Below, in pieces: positions 52,959 to 64,000 of a stretch of DNA of 64,000 nucleotides (its first letter is position 1; each line of letters opens with the position of its first letter). The translations under genes were made by a program, and so were the position numbers. Origin of the DNA: an uncultured Candidatus Rokubacteria bacterium (GTDB taxonomy: Bacteria > Methylomirabilota > Methylomirabilia > Rokubacteriales > CSP1-6); the NCBI GenBank assembly GCA_963771355.1, contig CAVYTA010000008.1:75700-139699 (forward strand), given 5' to 3'. The notes under the pieces are model-generated. The model did not search any database, was not told where the DNA came from, and was given only the letters and a program-made list of their open reading frames with translations.

Positions 52959-53663
52959 GTGAGAAGGGCCCCCTCGGTCCGCAATCGCATTCTGGTCGGG
53001 TTGCCGCGAAAAGAGTATGCGCGGATCCTTCCCGACCTGGCGCGCGTGACGCTCAAGGCCGGTCAGGTTCTCTACGAGCCGGGTGGGGTCATGCAGTCGG
53101 CATATTTCCTCGAGACGGCCACCGCCTCGATCCTCTCGATGGCCAAGGATGGAACCTCCATCGAGGTGAGTCAGGTTGGCGACGAAGGGGTGATCGGCTT
53201 ACCCATCATCCTGAGGTCTCATGGGCTCCCGTACCGCGTCATCGCCCAGGAACCGGGCGTGGCGTGGAGGATGAAGGCCGACCTGTTTCGAAAAGAATTT
53301 GATCGATGCGGTTCCCTGCACAAGTTCGTGTTGCACTACGCGCATACCTTGATCGTGCAGCTGTCTCAGTCGGCCGCCTGCAGCCAGTTCCATACCATCG
53401 GGCAACGCCTCTGCCGCTGGCTGCTGACGTCGCAGGACCGCGCGCGATCCTCTGAGATCAAGTCCACTCAAGAGCTCCTGTCGCAGATGCTGGGAGTCAA
53501 TCGCAGCAGCGCCAGCCAGGCGGCCAGCGCTTTGCAGAAGGTAGGCCTGATCCGCTACCGGCGTGGCCGGATCACGATCCTGAATCGCCCCGGTATGGAA
53601 GCGGCAACCTGTGAATGTTACCAGATCGTTAAACTCGAGTTCGATCGCTACTTTCCGCCTTAG
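52959..53663 (+). CDS. Crp/Fnr-family transcriptional regulator (cNMP-binding domain + C-terminal HTH)
   Basis: cNMP-binding beta-roll (VLYEPGGVMQSAYFLETATASI) and HTH (ELLSQMLGVNRSSASQAASALQKVGLIRYRRGRITI). Start codon uncertain. Confidence 0.75.
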   Translation: MRRAPSVRNRILVGLPRKEYARILPDLARVTLKAGQVLYEPGGVMQSAYFLETATASILSMAKDGTSIEVSQVGDEGVIGLPIILRSHGLPYRVIAQEPGVAWRMKADLFRKEFDRCGSLHKFVLHYAHTLIVQLSQSAACSQFHTIGQRLCRWLLTSQDRARSSEIKSTQELLSQMLGVNRSSASQAASALQKVGLIRYRRGRITILNRPGMEAATCECYQIVKLEFDRYFPP

Positions 53664-53820
53664 TTCCTGGCTGCCCGTCGGTGGACATCATATGTTGGGT
53701 GCGCGATAGACTTCCCGCCTTGTTTTCGGTACCTTTTGGTCCTTGGACATGCTACGCGACCGCGGACCCATCGAAGTGAGAAGGACTGCCCGGCCGGCGA
53801 AGCGGAGGACCTAGCCGGAC

Positions 53821-56800
53821 ATGGCGGCGCGAAAGTCCAAGGCCCCGAGGTCGCTTCCCCAGGACCTGGGGTCTGGAGGAATCACGGCCGGGTCTTTCGA
53901 AGACGACCCGAGCCCGCGACAAGCCACCAGGCCCTTTCCCATCGTCGGTATCGGTGCTTCGGCGGGTGGGCTCGAAGCCTTCACGCAGGTCCTGCACGCT
54001 CTGCCGCGCGATACCGGAATGGCCTTCGTCCTGGTCCAGCACCTCGCCCCCAGCCACGCCAGCATGCTCACGGAGATCCTGTCCCGCGCCACCGCGATGC
54101 CGGTCACCGAGGTCATTGACCAGATGGCCGTGCAGGCGAACCACGTCTATGTCATCCCGCCGGGCGTGACGATGGGGATCGTCGCAGGCACCCTGCGCCT
54201 CACGCCCCGCCGGGAGGTCAAGGGGCAGCACCGTCCCATCGACCAATTCCTGCGCTCGCTCGCCGAGGATTGGGGTCATCGGGCCATCGGCGTGATCCTC
54301 TCCGGCAGCGCGACCGACGGCACGCTGGGACTGGAGGCGATCAAGGCCGAGGGGGGTATCACGTTCGCCCAGGACAATACCGCCCAGCATGCGAGCATGC
54401 CGAATAGCGCGGTGGCCGCGGGCTGCGTCGATTTCGTATTGCCTCCCGCCAAGATCGCCGAGGAGATCGCCCGCATCAGCCGCCATCAGTACGTGGCGCG
54501 GGATGCGGAGAGCCACGGCGAGGCACAAGGCAGCGAGCCGAGCCTGGGTCGCATTCTCGACCAGCTCCGGCGGGCCTCCGGCGTGGATTTCTCGCGCTAC
54601 AAGAAAAATACGCTCTATCGCCGCATCACCCGCCGCGCGGTGCTGCACAAGCTTGACGGGCTGGAGGAGTATGCGCGGTTCCTCCAGAGCAATCCGGCCG
54701 AGGCGGGCGCCCTCTATCAGGATGTGCTCATCAGCGTCACGAGCTTCTTCCGCAACCCGGAGGCGTTCGAGGTGCTCAAGAGCAAGGTCTTCCCCCGGCT
54801 GGTCAAGAACCGGCAACGATATGAGCCTCTGCGCGTGTGGTCCATCGGCTGCTCGACGGGAGAGGAAGCCTATTCCATCGCGATGGCCTTCGCCGAGTTC
54901 GTGGAGCTGTCGCGCTTGGAGATCCCGCTCCAGATCTTTGCCACCGACCTGAACGGAGCCGGGGTCGAGAAGGCCCGTGCCGGTCTCTACTCGAGGACCA
55001 TCGGGCAGGACATCGCGCCGGACCGGCTGCGGCGCTTCTTCTTCGAAGTTGACGGCACCTACCGGATCAGCAAGGCCATTCGCGACTCGACCGTGTTCGC
55101 GCGGCACAACGTCTTGACGGAGCCGCCGTTCTCCCGGATCGATCTCATCAGCTGTCGCAACCTGCTCATCTATCTCGAGCCCGCGCTTCAGCAGAAGGCC
55201 ATGGGGATGATGCACTACGCCCTGATACCCCACGGGGCGCTCTGGCTGGGACACTCGGAGTCGGTCGGCCCCTACCGCGACCTCTTCGAGGTGGAGGACC
55301 CGAAGTACAAGATGTACATCAAGAAACCCGGTCCGCCCCCGCTGACGCCGCGCGTCTTCTCCGGCGACCCGCTGGTGTCGAGGCTGACCGCCGATCCGCC
55401 ACCGCGCGAGCCGGGCGTCGTCGTCCAGGACGCGCACCGCGAGGCCGACCGGATTCTCCTGGCGAAGTACACCCCGGCCAGCGTGCTCGTCAATGACGAC
55501 CTGGAGATCCTCCAGTTCCGTGGCGACACCGGCCGCTATCTGACCCCGGCGCCCGGCAAGGCCAGCCTCAACCTGCTCAAGATGCTCCGGGATGGCCTGC
55601 TGATCGGCGTTCGCGGAGCCCTGCACAAGGCCAAGCGGGAGGATACCTCGGTCACCGAAGGAGCCCTGCGCGTCAAGACCAGCGACGGCTCACGACAGGT
55701 CAGCGTGCACGTGATCCCCGTCAAGGGCCACCGTGGCGTCACGCCGCCGCACTTCCTGGTGCTGTTCGAGGAGACCGCGGTCCCTGCGAAGGCTCCGGCC
55801 AAGGCGGACCGGTCGGAACGGAAGCTGACCCGGCGCTCCGGGATGGCCGAGCGGAAGGCACGCGAGGCCAGCGACGACGAGACGGCGCGCCTGGCCCAGG
55901 AGCTGGCGACGACCCGCCAGTACCTGCAGTCCGTCATCGAGCAACAGGAGGCCGCCAACGAGGAGCTGCAGTCTTCCAACGAAGAGGTGCAGTCGGCGAA
56001 CGAGGAGCTGCAGAGCATCAACGAGGAGCTGGAGACCTCGAAGGAAGAGATCCAGTCGAGCAACGAGGAGCTGGCCACCCTGAACGAGGAGCTGCAGAAT
56101 CGCAATGGCGAGCTTGGCCAGAGCAACGACGATTTCGTCAATCTCCTGGCGAGTGTCCAGCTGCCGATCGTGATGCTCGGGCCGGATCTCCGGATCCGGC
56201 GGTGGACCCCGATGGCCGAGAAGCTGCTCAACCTGACCGCCGCCGACATGGGTCGGCCGATCTCCGACCTCCGGCTCGGCATCGGGTTGCCCCATCTGGG
56301 GGAGATGCTGGCCGAGGTCATGGAGACGGTCAGCGTCAAGGAGATCGAGGTCCGCGACAAGGAAGGGCGCTGGTACGTTCTGCGCCTCCGGCCATACCGG
56401 ACGCTCGACAATCGAATCGACGGCGCGGTACTGGTGCTCCTGGACGTGGACGTGCTCAAGCGCAGCCAGGACACCTTGCGCCGTCAAGACGAGCTCCTGG
56501 ATCAGGCGCACGAGGCGATCTTCATATGGGAGATCGACGGAGGCATCACCTACTGGAACCAGGGGGCGGAGGAGAGCTACGGCTTCACCAAGGACGAGGC
56601 CCTCGGCCGAAAACCCTACGAGCTGCTGGCCACCTCGCCGGAGCCCCGCGTGTTCCTGCAGGCCCTGCGGCAGTCTGGCCAGTGGACCGGAGAGCTGAGT
56701 CGCGCGCGGCGTGACGGGGAGCGGATCGTGGTCGAGTGCCGGATGGTCCTGGAGCCGGAGGCCGACGGGCCGGCCCTGGTGTTCGAGACCAACCATTCGA

Positions 56801-58017
56801 TCACGGAGCGCAAGCGAATGGAGGACAGCCTGCGCGAGCAGACGCGCGGGCTGCTCGCCGCCGATCGCAGCAAGGACGAATTCCTGGCCACGCTGGCTCA
56901 CGAGCTCCGTAATCCCCTGGCTCCGCTCACCAATGCCCTGGAGATCTCCAAGCAGCCGGGCACGTCGCCGGCCATGGCGGCCCGAGCGCGCGAGATCATG
57001 GGGAATCAGCTTCGGAACATGGCGCGTCTCGTCGACGATCTGCTGGACGTGGCGCGCATGAGTCGCGGGAAGGTTCAGCTTCGCAGAGAGCTGGTGGACA
57101 TCTCGCCGATCGCCCGTCAGGCCGTCGAGGCGCGACGTCAACAGACCGACGCGCTCGATCAGGACCTGACCCTGTCACTTCCGCCCGCGGGAGTGACCCT
57201 CGAGGCCGACCCACTTCGGCTCGAGCAGATCGTGAGCAACCTGTTGAGTAATGCCGCGAAGTTCACCGCCCGGAGCGGCCATATTCAGGTGACGGTCGAG
57301 GATCACTCCGCGGTCGACGGCGAGGTGATGATCCGAGTAAAGGATGACGGGATCGGCATACCACCGGAGGATCTGCCGCGCTTGTTCAACCTGTTCGTGC
57401 AAGTGGACTCCGCGCTCAATCGCCAGACCGGGGGGCTAGGGATCGGGTTGACGCTGGTACGGCATCTGGTCGAGCTTCACGGGGGCACCGTCTCGGCCCA
57501 TAGTGCCGGCCTGGGCAAGGGCAGCGAGTTCGTGGTGCGGTTACCGGCACCACGCGATCAGAGTCGGAAAGCGCCGCGGACCGCCTCGATTGAGCCGCGG
57601 CCGGAGCCCAAGACCGTCTCGCGTCGAGTGCTGGTGACCGATGACAACGTCGACGGGGCGGAAACCCTGGCGGTCGTGCTTCGCCTCGTCGGGCATGACG
57701 TCCGGGTCGCCCATAGTGGCGTCGACACCCTGGAGATCGCGGCGGTCTTTCGCCCCGACGTCATCTTCCTCGATGTCGGCATGCCGCACATGGACGGTTA
57801 CGAAACCGCCGTGCTCCTTCGCCGGATCGCCGGGCTCGAGAGGACCCTTCTGGTCGCACTCACCGGCTATGGTCGACCGTCCGATCGTCAGCACGCGCAG
57901 GAAGCCGGGTTCGACGAGTTCCTCGTGAAACCCGCGATACCAGAGGACGTGTATGCCCTGGCCCTCAAGTCGCGTTCGCTCAGGACGACCGACCCGCGAC
58001 CAGCCGGAGATTCCTGA
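53821..58017 (+). CDS. multidomain chemotaxis-like signalling protein: CheB methylesterase + CheR methyltransferase + coiled coil + PAS x2 + HisKA + HATPase_c + receiver (1,398 aa)
   Basis: CheB_methylest (GASAGGLEAF...LVQHLAPSH...), CheR (DFSRYKKNTLYRRI...RVWSIGCSTGEEAYSIA), heptad EELQSSNEEVQSANEEL, PAS, HisKA DEFLATLAHELRNPLAPL, HATPase_c, REC (VLVTDDNVDGAETL...FLDVGMPHMDGYE). Confidence 0.85.
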   Translation: MAARKSKAPRSLPQDLGSGGITAGSFEDDPSPRQATRPFPIVGIGASAGGLEAFTQVLHALPRDTGMAFVLVQHLAPSHASMLTEILSRATAMPVTEVIDQMAVQANHVYVIPPGVTMGIVAGTLRLTPRREVKGQHRPIDQFLRSLAEDWGHRAIGVILSGSATDGTLGLEAIKAEGGITFAQDNTAQHASMPNSAVAAGCVDFVLPPAKIAEEIARISRHQYVARDAESHGEAQGSEPSLGRILDQLRRASGVDFSRYKKNTLYRRITRRAVLHKLDGLEEYARFLQSNPAEAGALYQDVLISVTSFFRNPEAFEVLKSKVFPRLVKNRQRYEPLRVWSIGCSTGEEAYSIAMAFAEFVELSRLEIPLQIFATDLNGAGVEKARAGLYSRTIGQDIAPDRLRRFFFEVDGTYRISKAIRDSTVFARHNVLTEPPFSRIDLISCRNLLIYLEPALQQKAMGMMHYALIPHGALWLGHSESVGPYRDLFEVEDPKYKMYIKKPGPPPLTPRVFSGDPLVSRLTADPPPREPGVVVQDAHREADRILLAKYTPASVLVNDDLEILQFRGDTGRYLTPAPGKASLNLLKMLRDGLLIGVRGALHKAKREDTSVTEGALRVKTSDGSRQVSVHVIPVKGHRGVTPPHFLVLFEETAVPAKAPAKADRSERKLTRRSGMAERKAREASDDETARLAQELATTRQYLQSVIEQQEAANEELQSSNEEVQSANEELQSINEELETSKEEIQSSNEELATLNEELQNRNGELGQSNDDFVNLLASVQLPIVMLGPDLRIRRWTPMAEKLLNLTAADMGRPISDLRLGIGLPHLGEMLAEVMETVSVKEIEVRDKEGRWYVLRLRPYRTLDNRIDGAVLVLLDVDVLKRSQDTLRRQDELLDQAHEAIFIWEIDGGITYWNQGAEESYGFTKDEALGRKPYELLATSPEPRVFLQALRQSGQWTGELSRARRDGERIVVECRMVLEPEADGPALVFETNHSITERKRMEDSLREQTRGLLAADRSKDEFLATLAHELRNPLAPLTNALEISKQPGTSPAMAARAREIMGNQLRNMARLVDDLLDVARMSRGKVQLRRELVDISPIARQAVEARRQQTDALDQDLTLSLPPAGVTLEADPLRLEQIVSNLLSNAAKFTARSGHIQVTVEDHSAVDGEVMIRVKDDGIGIPPEDLPRLFNLFVQVDSALNRQTGGLGIGLTLVRHLVELHGGTVSAHSAGLGKGSEFVVRLPAPRDQSRKAPRTASIEPRPEPKTVSRRVLVTDDNVDGAETLAVVLRLVGHDVRVAHSGVDTLEIAAVFRPDVIFLDVGMPHMDGYETAVLLRRIAGLERTLLVALTGYGRPSDRQHAQEAGFDEFLVKPAIPEDVYALALKSRSLRTTDPRPAGDS

Positions 58018-58747
58018 GCCGCCGGGCCGGAGTCAGGGTCCCGGGCCGAGGAGGTTCTGGGAGGTAGTCCGCGAGCCCCAGCTCCGACAGCTTCTTCCTT
58101 CCGCTCGCGGTGACGGTCAGGGCCCGGCTGTCCTGGATGCGTAACACCCAGCGCCGCTCGAGGAAGGCCTGGGCCAGCGCCGCGCCGACGGCGCCGGACA
58201 GGTGATGCCGCCGCTCGGTCCAGTCGATGCAGGAGCGGCAGTAACGTCGTTTGGCGCCGCGCGCCTGCTCGAGGTCGGCGCCGAGACCGGTGAGAAATCG
58301 CTCGCCGGCGCCCGTCAGCTCGCCTCCGCCGTCCATGAGCACGACGTAGTCGCGGCGCAGCATCACGTCGCACAGTGACACCCCGAGACGACCGGCCAGG
58401 TGGTCGTAGCAGAGGCGCGCGTCCCGGAGCGCGGGCTCGACGCGATGGTTCGGTGGCCACCCGTTGACGGGCGCGGGCGCCACCGTCATCAGCCCTTCGA
58501 TCGCGTACGCGACCTCGGGGGACTTCAGCCGATAGTAGTGACAGCGCCCCTGCTTCTCCATCACCAGCAGATCTCCGGCGACCAGACGCGACAGGTGACT
58601 GCTCGCCGTCGGCGCGGTCACTCCCGCGAAGTAGGCCAGCTCCTTCGCGGTGAGCGCGCAGCCGGTGAGCAGCGCCGTCAGGATGCGCGTCCGGGCGGGC
58701 TCGCCGAGCAACGCGCCCACCGCCGCCAGCATGTCGGTGTCACCCAT
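57980..58747 (-). CDS. ArsR/SmtB-family winged-helix transcriptional regulator with C-terminal extension
   Basis: ARTRILTALLTGCALTAKELAYFAGVTAPTASSHLSRL is an ArsR-type HTH. Its 3' end overlaps the end of the CheB-CheR gene by 38 nt (convergent). Confidence 0.65.
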   Translation of the reverse strand: MGDTDMLAAVGALLGEPARTRILTALLTGCALTAKELAYFAGVTAPTASSHLSRLVAGDLLVMEKQGRCHYYRLKSPEVAYAIEGLMTVAPAPVNGWPPNHRVEPALRDARLCYDHLAGRLGVSLCDVMLRRDYVVLMDGGGELTGAGERFLTGLGADLEQARGAKRRYCRSCIDWTERRHHLSGAVGAALAQAFLERRWVLRIQDSRALTVTASGRKKLSELGLADYLPEPPRPGTLTPARRLRNLRLVAGRSS

Positions 58748-58897
58748 CGTCTACACCCTAGGCCGGAGGAGGCCGGCCGGCAAGGGGAGAAGGTTCGAGC
58801 CGGGTCGAAGCGTTGCGCGTGGACCCGTGAGCGTCATGACGCCATACTCGCGATCAGACACCACGACCCCCCAACCCGAGCGCGCGGAATCGGCGCG

Positions 58898-59218
58898 ATG
58901 GAGGACGGAATGATCACCCTCTGCATTCGCTATACGCTCAACGCCAGCAAGCGGGCCGACTTCGAAGCCTACGCCCGGAGCCTGGCCACGCCCATCGAGC
59001 GCTGTGGCGGCAAACTGATCGGCTACTTCTCGCCGACCAAGCTCGCCGGCCCGACCAATATCGCGCTGGCGCTCATCGATTTCGCCAGCCTCGCGGAATA
59101 CGAGCGGTATCGGGAGGCCCTGGCGATCGATCCGGACCATGTCGAGGCGCTGCGCCGTGCCGAGCAGTCGGGCTGGCTTCTCGTCGAGGACCGCTCGTTC
59201 ATGCAGCGGGTGTCATAG
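58898..59218 (+). CDS. NIPSNAP-family protein, about 106 aa
   Basis: MITLCIRYTLNASKRADFEAY...LIDFASLAEYERYREA is a typical NIPSNAP ferredoxin-like domain. ATG at 58898 or 58910. Confidence 0.6.
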   Translation: MEDGMITLCIRYTLNASKRADFEAYARSLATPIERCGGKLIGYFSPTKLAGPTNIALALIDFASLAEYERYREALAIDPDHVEALRRAEQSGWLLVEDRSFMQRVS

Positions 59219-59239
59219 CCCCGTCACGCCCGCGGGGGG

Positions 59240-60863
59240 TCACTCGGCGAGCCAGACGCCGTCGAGCTGCTGGTTCAGGAAATGCGACGGCGTGATCGTC
59301 CACCCTCGGACCTTGGCGTTCAGGGGGACGATCCGGTGCCACTGGAGCGTGTAGATGTAGTGCGCCTCCTCGTCGAGCAGGCGCTTCTCGAAGGCGCGGA
59401 GGTGCCGCTTGCGCTCCTCGGGATCCACCGCGCGCGCCTGCTTGATGAAGAGGTCGTCCAGGACGGGATCCTTGTAGCGCGCGTAGTTGTTGTCGGAGAC
59501 ACCCACCGACTGGAACTTCGAGATGTCGACGTCGGGCTCGACGACGAAGCTGCACTGGGCATCGCTGGCCACGTCGAAGTCGCCTTTCCGGAGGACGGAC
59601 ACCATCATCGACGCCTCCACGACCTCTTGCTTGACGTTGAGCCCGATGTGCCGCCACTGATCGATGGCCCAGATGCCCACGGGCTCGTACGGCTGGGGGA
59701 TCCCGCGGTTCTTGAAGGTGAAGGCAAAGCCGTCGGGGACGCCCGGCCTCCCGGAGCAGGCGCCGCGCCTCGGCCCGGCTCGCGGCGACGTCGCGGCCGT
59801 AGCCGGCGAGCTTCTCGAGCTCGGCCGGTGGGGTGGCCCACGGGGTGCCCGGCACCTGGATCCCCCCGACCTCCTTGACGACGGTGATCCGCGACAGGCT
59901 GCGCGAGGCGCCGTGGCGGTCCAGCGCCAGGGTCAGCGCGCGGCGGACGCGCTTGTCGTCGAAGGGCTTCCGCTCGTGATTGAACGCCACCAGTGACACA
60001 CAGTTCCACGGGCTTTCCTGCACCGTGATCTTCGCGCCGAGGGCCTGGACGAGGTTGTCCCGGTCCACCGGGCTGAAGCCGCGGAACTGCGCGTGGGCGC
60101 GCTCGCCGCGGATGGCCGCCACCTGGGCGGACGACGACGAGATGAAGAGCGCCCGGTACCCGTCCAGATACGGCTTGCCCTTGTCCCAGTAGTCCGGGTT
60201 CTTCTTCGCGACCCAGTGCGAGCCCTTGACGTGCTCGACGAACTTGAAGGGGCCGGTGCCCATCACGTTGGTCTCGTACCAGCGCACGTCCCGGGCGAGG
60301 ATGTCCGCCTTGAAGATCCAGCTGAACGGCGAGGCGAGGTTCACGAGGAAGGAGGCCTCGGGCCACTTGAGCCGGAAGCGCACCGTCTGCGGATCGGGCG
60401 CCTCGACGGCCTCGACCGCCTGGTAGGTGCCCTTGCGGAACGAGATCACCGCGCCCGTCGGGAAGATGATCTTGTCGTAGGTGGCCTTGACGTCGCGCGA
60501 CGTCATCGGGCTCCCGTCGTGGAAGCGGACGCCCTGGCGCAGCTTGAGGGTGTAGGTCAACCCGTCCGGAGAGATCGTCCAGGAGTCGGCCAGGTCCGGA
60601 ACGGGACGCGTCCCCGTCCGGTCGGTGGGATCGATGCGCAGCAGCGTGTTGTAGTGCGGCGCCAGCGGATGGACGGTGCCGAACGTCCCCTCGCGGTGGC
60701 CGTCATAGGACGGGGGCTCGGAGGGCACCATGATGACCAGCTCGCCTCCGTAGCGGGGGGCGTCCTGGGCGCGGGCGGAGCCGAGCCCGAGCACCACGAG
60801 CGTGGCGGTGAGCAGCATCCAGAGCATCGCGAGAACACCGGCGGGCGGCTTGACGGGTCGCAT
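59240..60863 (-). pseudogene. family-5 peptide/nickel ABC substrate-binding protein, 1-nt frameshift at CCC/GGG near 59742-59744
   Basis: First ~370 aa (signal peptide ... AEARRLLREAG) and the 146-aa ORF 59240-59680 (GIWAIDQWRHIGLNVKQ...) are contiguous SBP_bac_5 sequence offset by one base. Deleting one G restores EAGVPDGFAFTFKNRG. Confidence 0.65.
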
Positions 60864-61074
60864 GCGGTCCCTCCTGGCTTCGGCGAACGGCGAAGCAGCC
60901 TCGCTGCTGGCTCGAGTACGCGTATCAGGGAGATGGACGGGACGACCCTATCCGGCTCCGCCGGGTTCGTCAACCCGAATACCGAGTGCGGGAGCAGGGG
61001 TAGGATCTACCATTCGCGGCCGGGCTGGGACATACTACCGCTCACGTCACCCCCATATCCGCGGAGGCTTGCCC

Positions 61075-62120
61075 ATGAGAGGTTGTGAAAGTCGTCGGAG
61101 TTTGGTGCTCTTGGCCTGGATCCTGATCGGGACTCTCGCCGCCATGCTGATCCCGGTAACTCCCGCGTATGCGCAGGGGACCACCCTCGTCGTCACCGGC
61201 TACGGCGCCCGCTGGTCGGAGGTGATGAAGAAGGCCCTGGTGGAGCCCTTCGAGAAGAAGCACGGGGTGAAGGTCGAGATCGTGACCGGCATCACCTCCG
61301 AGTGGGTGGCCAAGCTCCTGGCCGGCGGCCCCGACAACCCGCCGTTCGATGTGGTGTTCGGCAACGAGCCGCCGTTGCCGATCCCGCGGGAGCGCGGATT
61401 CTTCGAGAAGCGCAACGAGACACTGGCCCCCAACATCAAGAACGTCTATCCGAAGGCCCTCATCGGCGACACGAGCGTCGCGCTGTTCTGGGGCCGTATC
61501 GGCCTCGCCTATCGCACCGACGCCGGCCTCAAGAAGCCGACCTCCTGGAAGGACTTCTGGGACGAGGCCTACGTGGGCAAGCGGGCCACCTACGTCATCG
61601 GCAACACGCTCGGCATCAACTTCCTCTTCATCACCTCGAAGCTCTTCGGCAAGGACTACTTCGACATCGACGCCGGGGTCGCCGCCATCAAGCGCGCGCA
61701 GCCCAAGCTGGTGGACTTCACCGGCACCGCGCAGAAGCAGCTCGAGCAGAAGGAGGTCGTGCTCGCGGTGCTCCACGACGGGGACACCTTCGATATGCAG
61801 AAACGGGGTATCCCGGTAGACTGGGTCGCCCCCAGCGAGGGCACGCCGATCCTCGACCAGGTCGTCCAGGTCGCGCGCGGGTCGAAGAACAAGGAGCTGG
61901 CGTGGAAGCTCATCGACGCCTACCTCTCGCCCGAGGTGCAGCTGGCCTTCGCCACCGAGCTGTTCTGGAGCCCGACCAACAAGACGGTGAAGGTGCCCGC
62001 GGACGTGGCGAAGAAGATCATCAATGGGCCGGCCGACGTGGAGAAGCTCGTGCTCTTCGACTGGGCTCACGTGGCCAAGCAGCGGCCCCAGTGGACCGAG
62101 AAGTGGAACAAGGAGATGCG

Positions 62121-62124
<4 letters not shown>
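61075..62124 (+). CDS. ABC transporter substrate-binding protein, spermidine/putrescine (PotD/PotF)-like family 1
   Basis: ATG at 61075 with GGAGG RBS, signal peptide, SBP_bac_1-type sequence. Confidence 0.7.
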
Positions 62125-63190
<1,066 letters not shown>

Positions 63191-63194
<4 letters not shown>

Positions 63195-63868
63195 CCAAGG
63201 TCGGCTTGATCACGGTGGGGCAGTCGCCGCGCAGCGACGTGGTGCCGGACATGGCGGCCATCCTGGGCGGCGACGTCGAGATCATCGAGGCGGGCGCGCT
63301 CGACGGGCTCACCCGCGAGCAGATCGTCCCGCTCGCGCCCGAGGGCGACGACGAGATCCTGGTCACCCGGCTCGCCGACGGCTCGACGGTCTTCGTCGGG
63401 AAGACCAAGATGATTCCCCGGGTCGAGGCCCGGATCGCCGCGCTCGAAGACCGCGGGGTCGCGCTCAACGTGCTGCTGTGCACCGGCGAGTTCCCGAAGC
63501 TCGCCGCGCGCCGGCCGTTTCTCGAGCCGCAGCCGCTCCTGCTGGGTCTCCTTCGCGCCATGGTCTTCCCCGGCCGCCTGGGCGTGCTGACCCCATCCGA
63601 GCGTCACGTGCCCCAGACCACCGCGCGCTGGCGCGCCTCGGGCTTCGATGCGCACGTGGCTCCGCTCTCGCCTTACGAGGAGAACGATCCCGCCGCCGTC
63701 CGCCGCGCGGCGGACGCGCTGCGCGCCGGCCACGCCGGCCTCGTGGTCATGGACTGCATCGGCTTCCGCCGCAAGACGCGCGACGAGATCGCGGCCCTCA
63801 CCGGGGCGCCGACCCTGGTGGCGAACCTGCTCGTGGCCCGCGTGGCCGCGGAGCTCCTCGGCCGCTGA
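63191..63868 (+). CDS. AroM-family protein
   Basis: KVGLITVGQSPRSD...LVTRLADGSTV...VLLCTGEFP are AroM family motifs. ATG overlaps the PotA-like stop (ATGA). Confidence 0.6.
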
Positions 63869-64000
63869 CCCGTGACCCGCGGCGCCCGCATCCTGCTGCT
63901 GGGGCCGTACGTCCTGCTGCTGCGTGGCGTTCTTCGTGGCCCCGCTCCTGCTGATGCTCGCCATCAGCTTCTCGCGGCAGTCGTTCGGGCAGCTCGAGTG
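63869..64000 (+). CDS. 5' end of an ABC permease (PotB-like); apparent frame break near 63925; continues beyond the window
   Basis: Frame 0 from GTG 63869 gives ...ILLLGPYVLLL. Frame +1 continues VAFFVAPLLLMLAISFSRQSFGQLE, a typical first transmembrane segment of a PotB-type permease. Confidence 0.35.

Overview
High-GC (~68%) bacterial chromosomal window, mostly housekeeping and transport genes on both strands, with one clearly degraded lower-GC island. Limits: all calls are from by-eye reading of the six-frame ORF track and motif recognition; no BLAST or HMM searches were run, so family names and gene boundaries are provisional.

Main gene content:
- 3' part of glnD, a CDP-alcohol phosphatidyltransferase, Slt lytic transglycosylase, msrPQ, an MlaC-like protein.
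- A complete livGFHMK branched-chain amino-acid ABC operon.
- A minus-strand opp/dpp-type peptide ABC operon (oppABCDF-like) whose binding-protein gene is frameshifted.
- A 2,490-aa hybrid sensor kinase made of about 12 tandem GAF domains. It heads a phosphorelay operon: giant kinase, then CheY-like receiver, then a HisKA-only fragment, then receiver-nucleotidyl cyclase.
- A catabolic cluster: LLM flavin oxidoreductase, esterase, nitronate monooxygenase, binding protein, molybdopterin oxidoreductase.
- A 1,398-aa CheB-CheR-PAS-kinase-receiver fusion protein.
- Two protease genes, several regulators (Crp/Fnr, LuxR, ArsR), a PotD/PotA-type ABC system and AroM.

Most notable call: the B12-binding radical SAM ORF at 12706..14097 reads through its in-frame TGA into a C-U-A-E-P tail. 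A SECIS-like hairpin sits just downstream of the TGA. This is a CUAEP-tail radical SAM selenoprotein that ORF callers truncate. A NifU-like gene lies immediately downstream.

Degraded island at about 41.6-49.6 kb, lower GC: a multiply disrupted ABC binding-protein pseudogene fused in frame to an HdrB-like gene; two tandem paralogous amino-acid binding-protein genes with indels; frameshifted methyltransferase and PEP-mutase-family genes; a ParE-like toxin and antitoxin pair with the toxin frameshifted; a tandemly duplicated hypothetical gene; and short repeated motifs.

Across the window at least 11 otherwise intact genes carry single-base frameshifts, most in G or C homopolymers. Assembly error and genuine pseudogenisation cannot be told apart from sequence alone.
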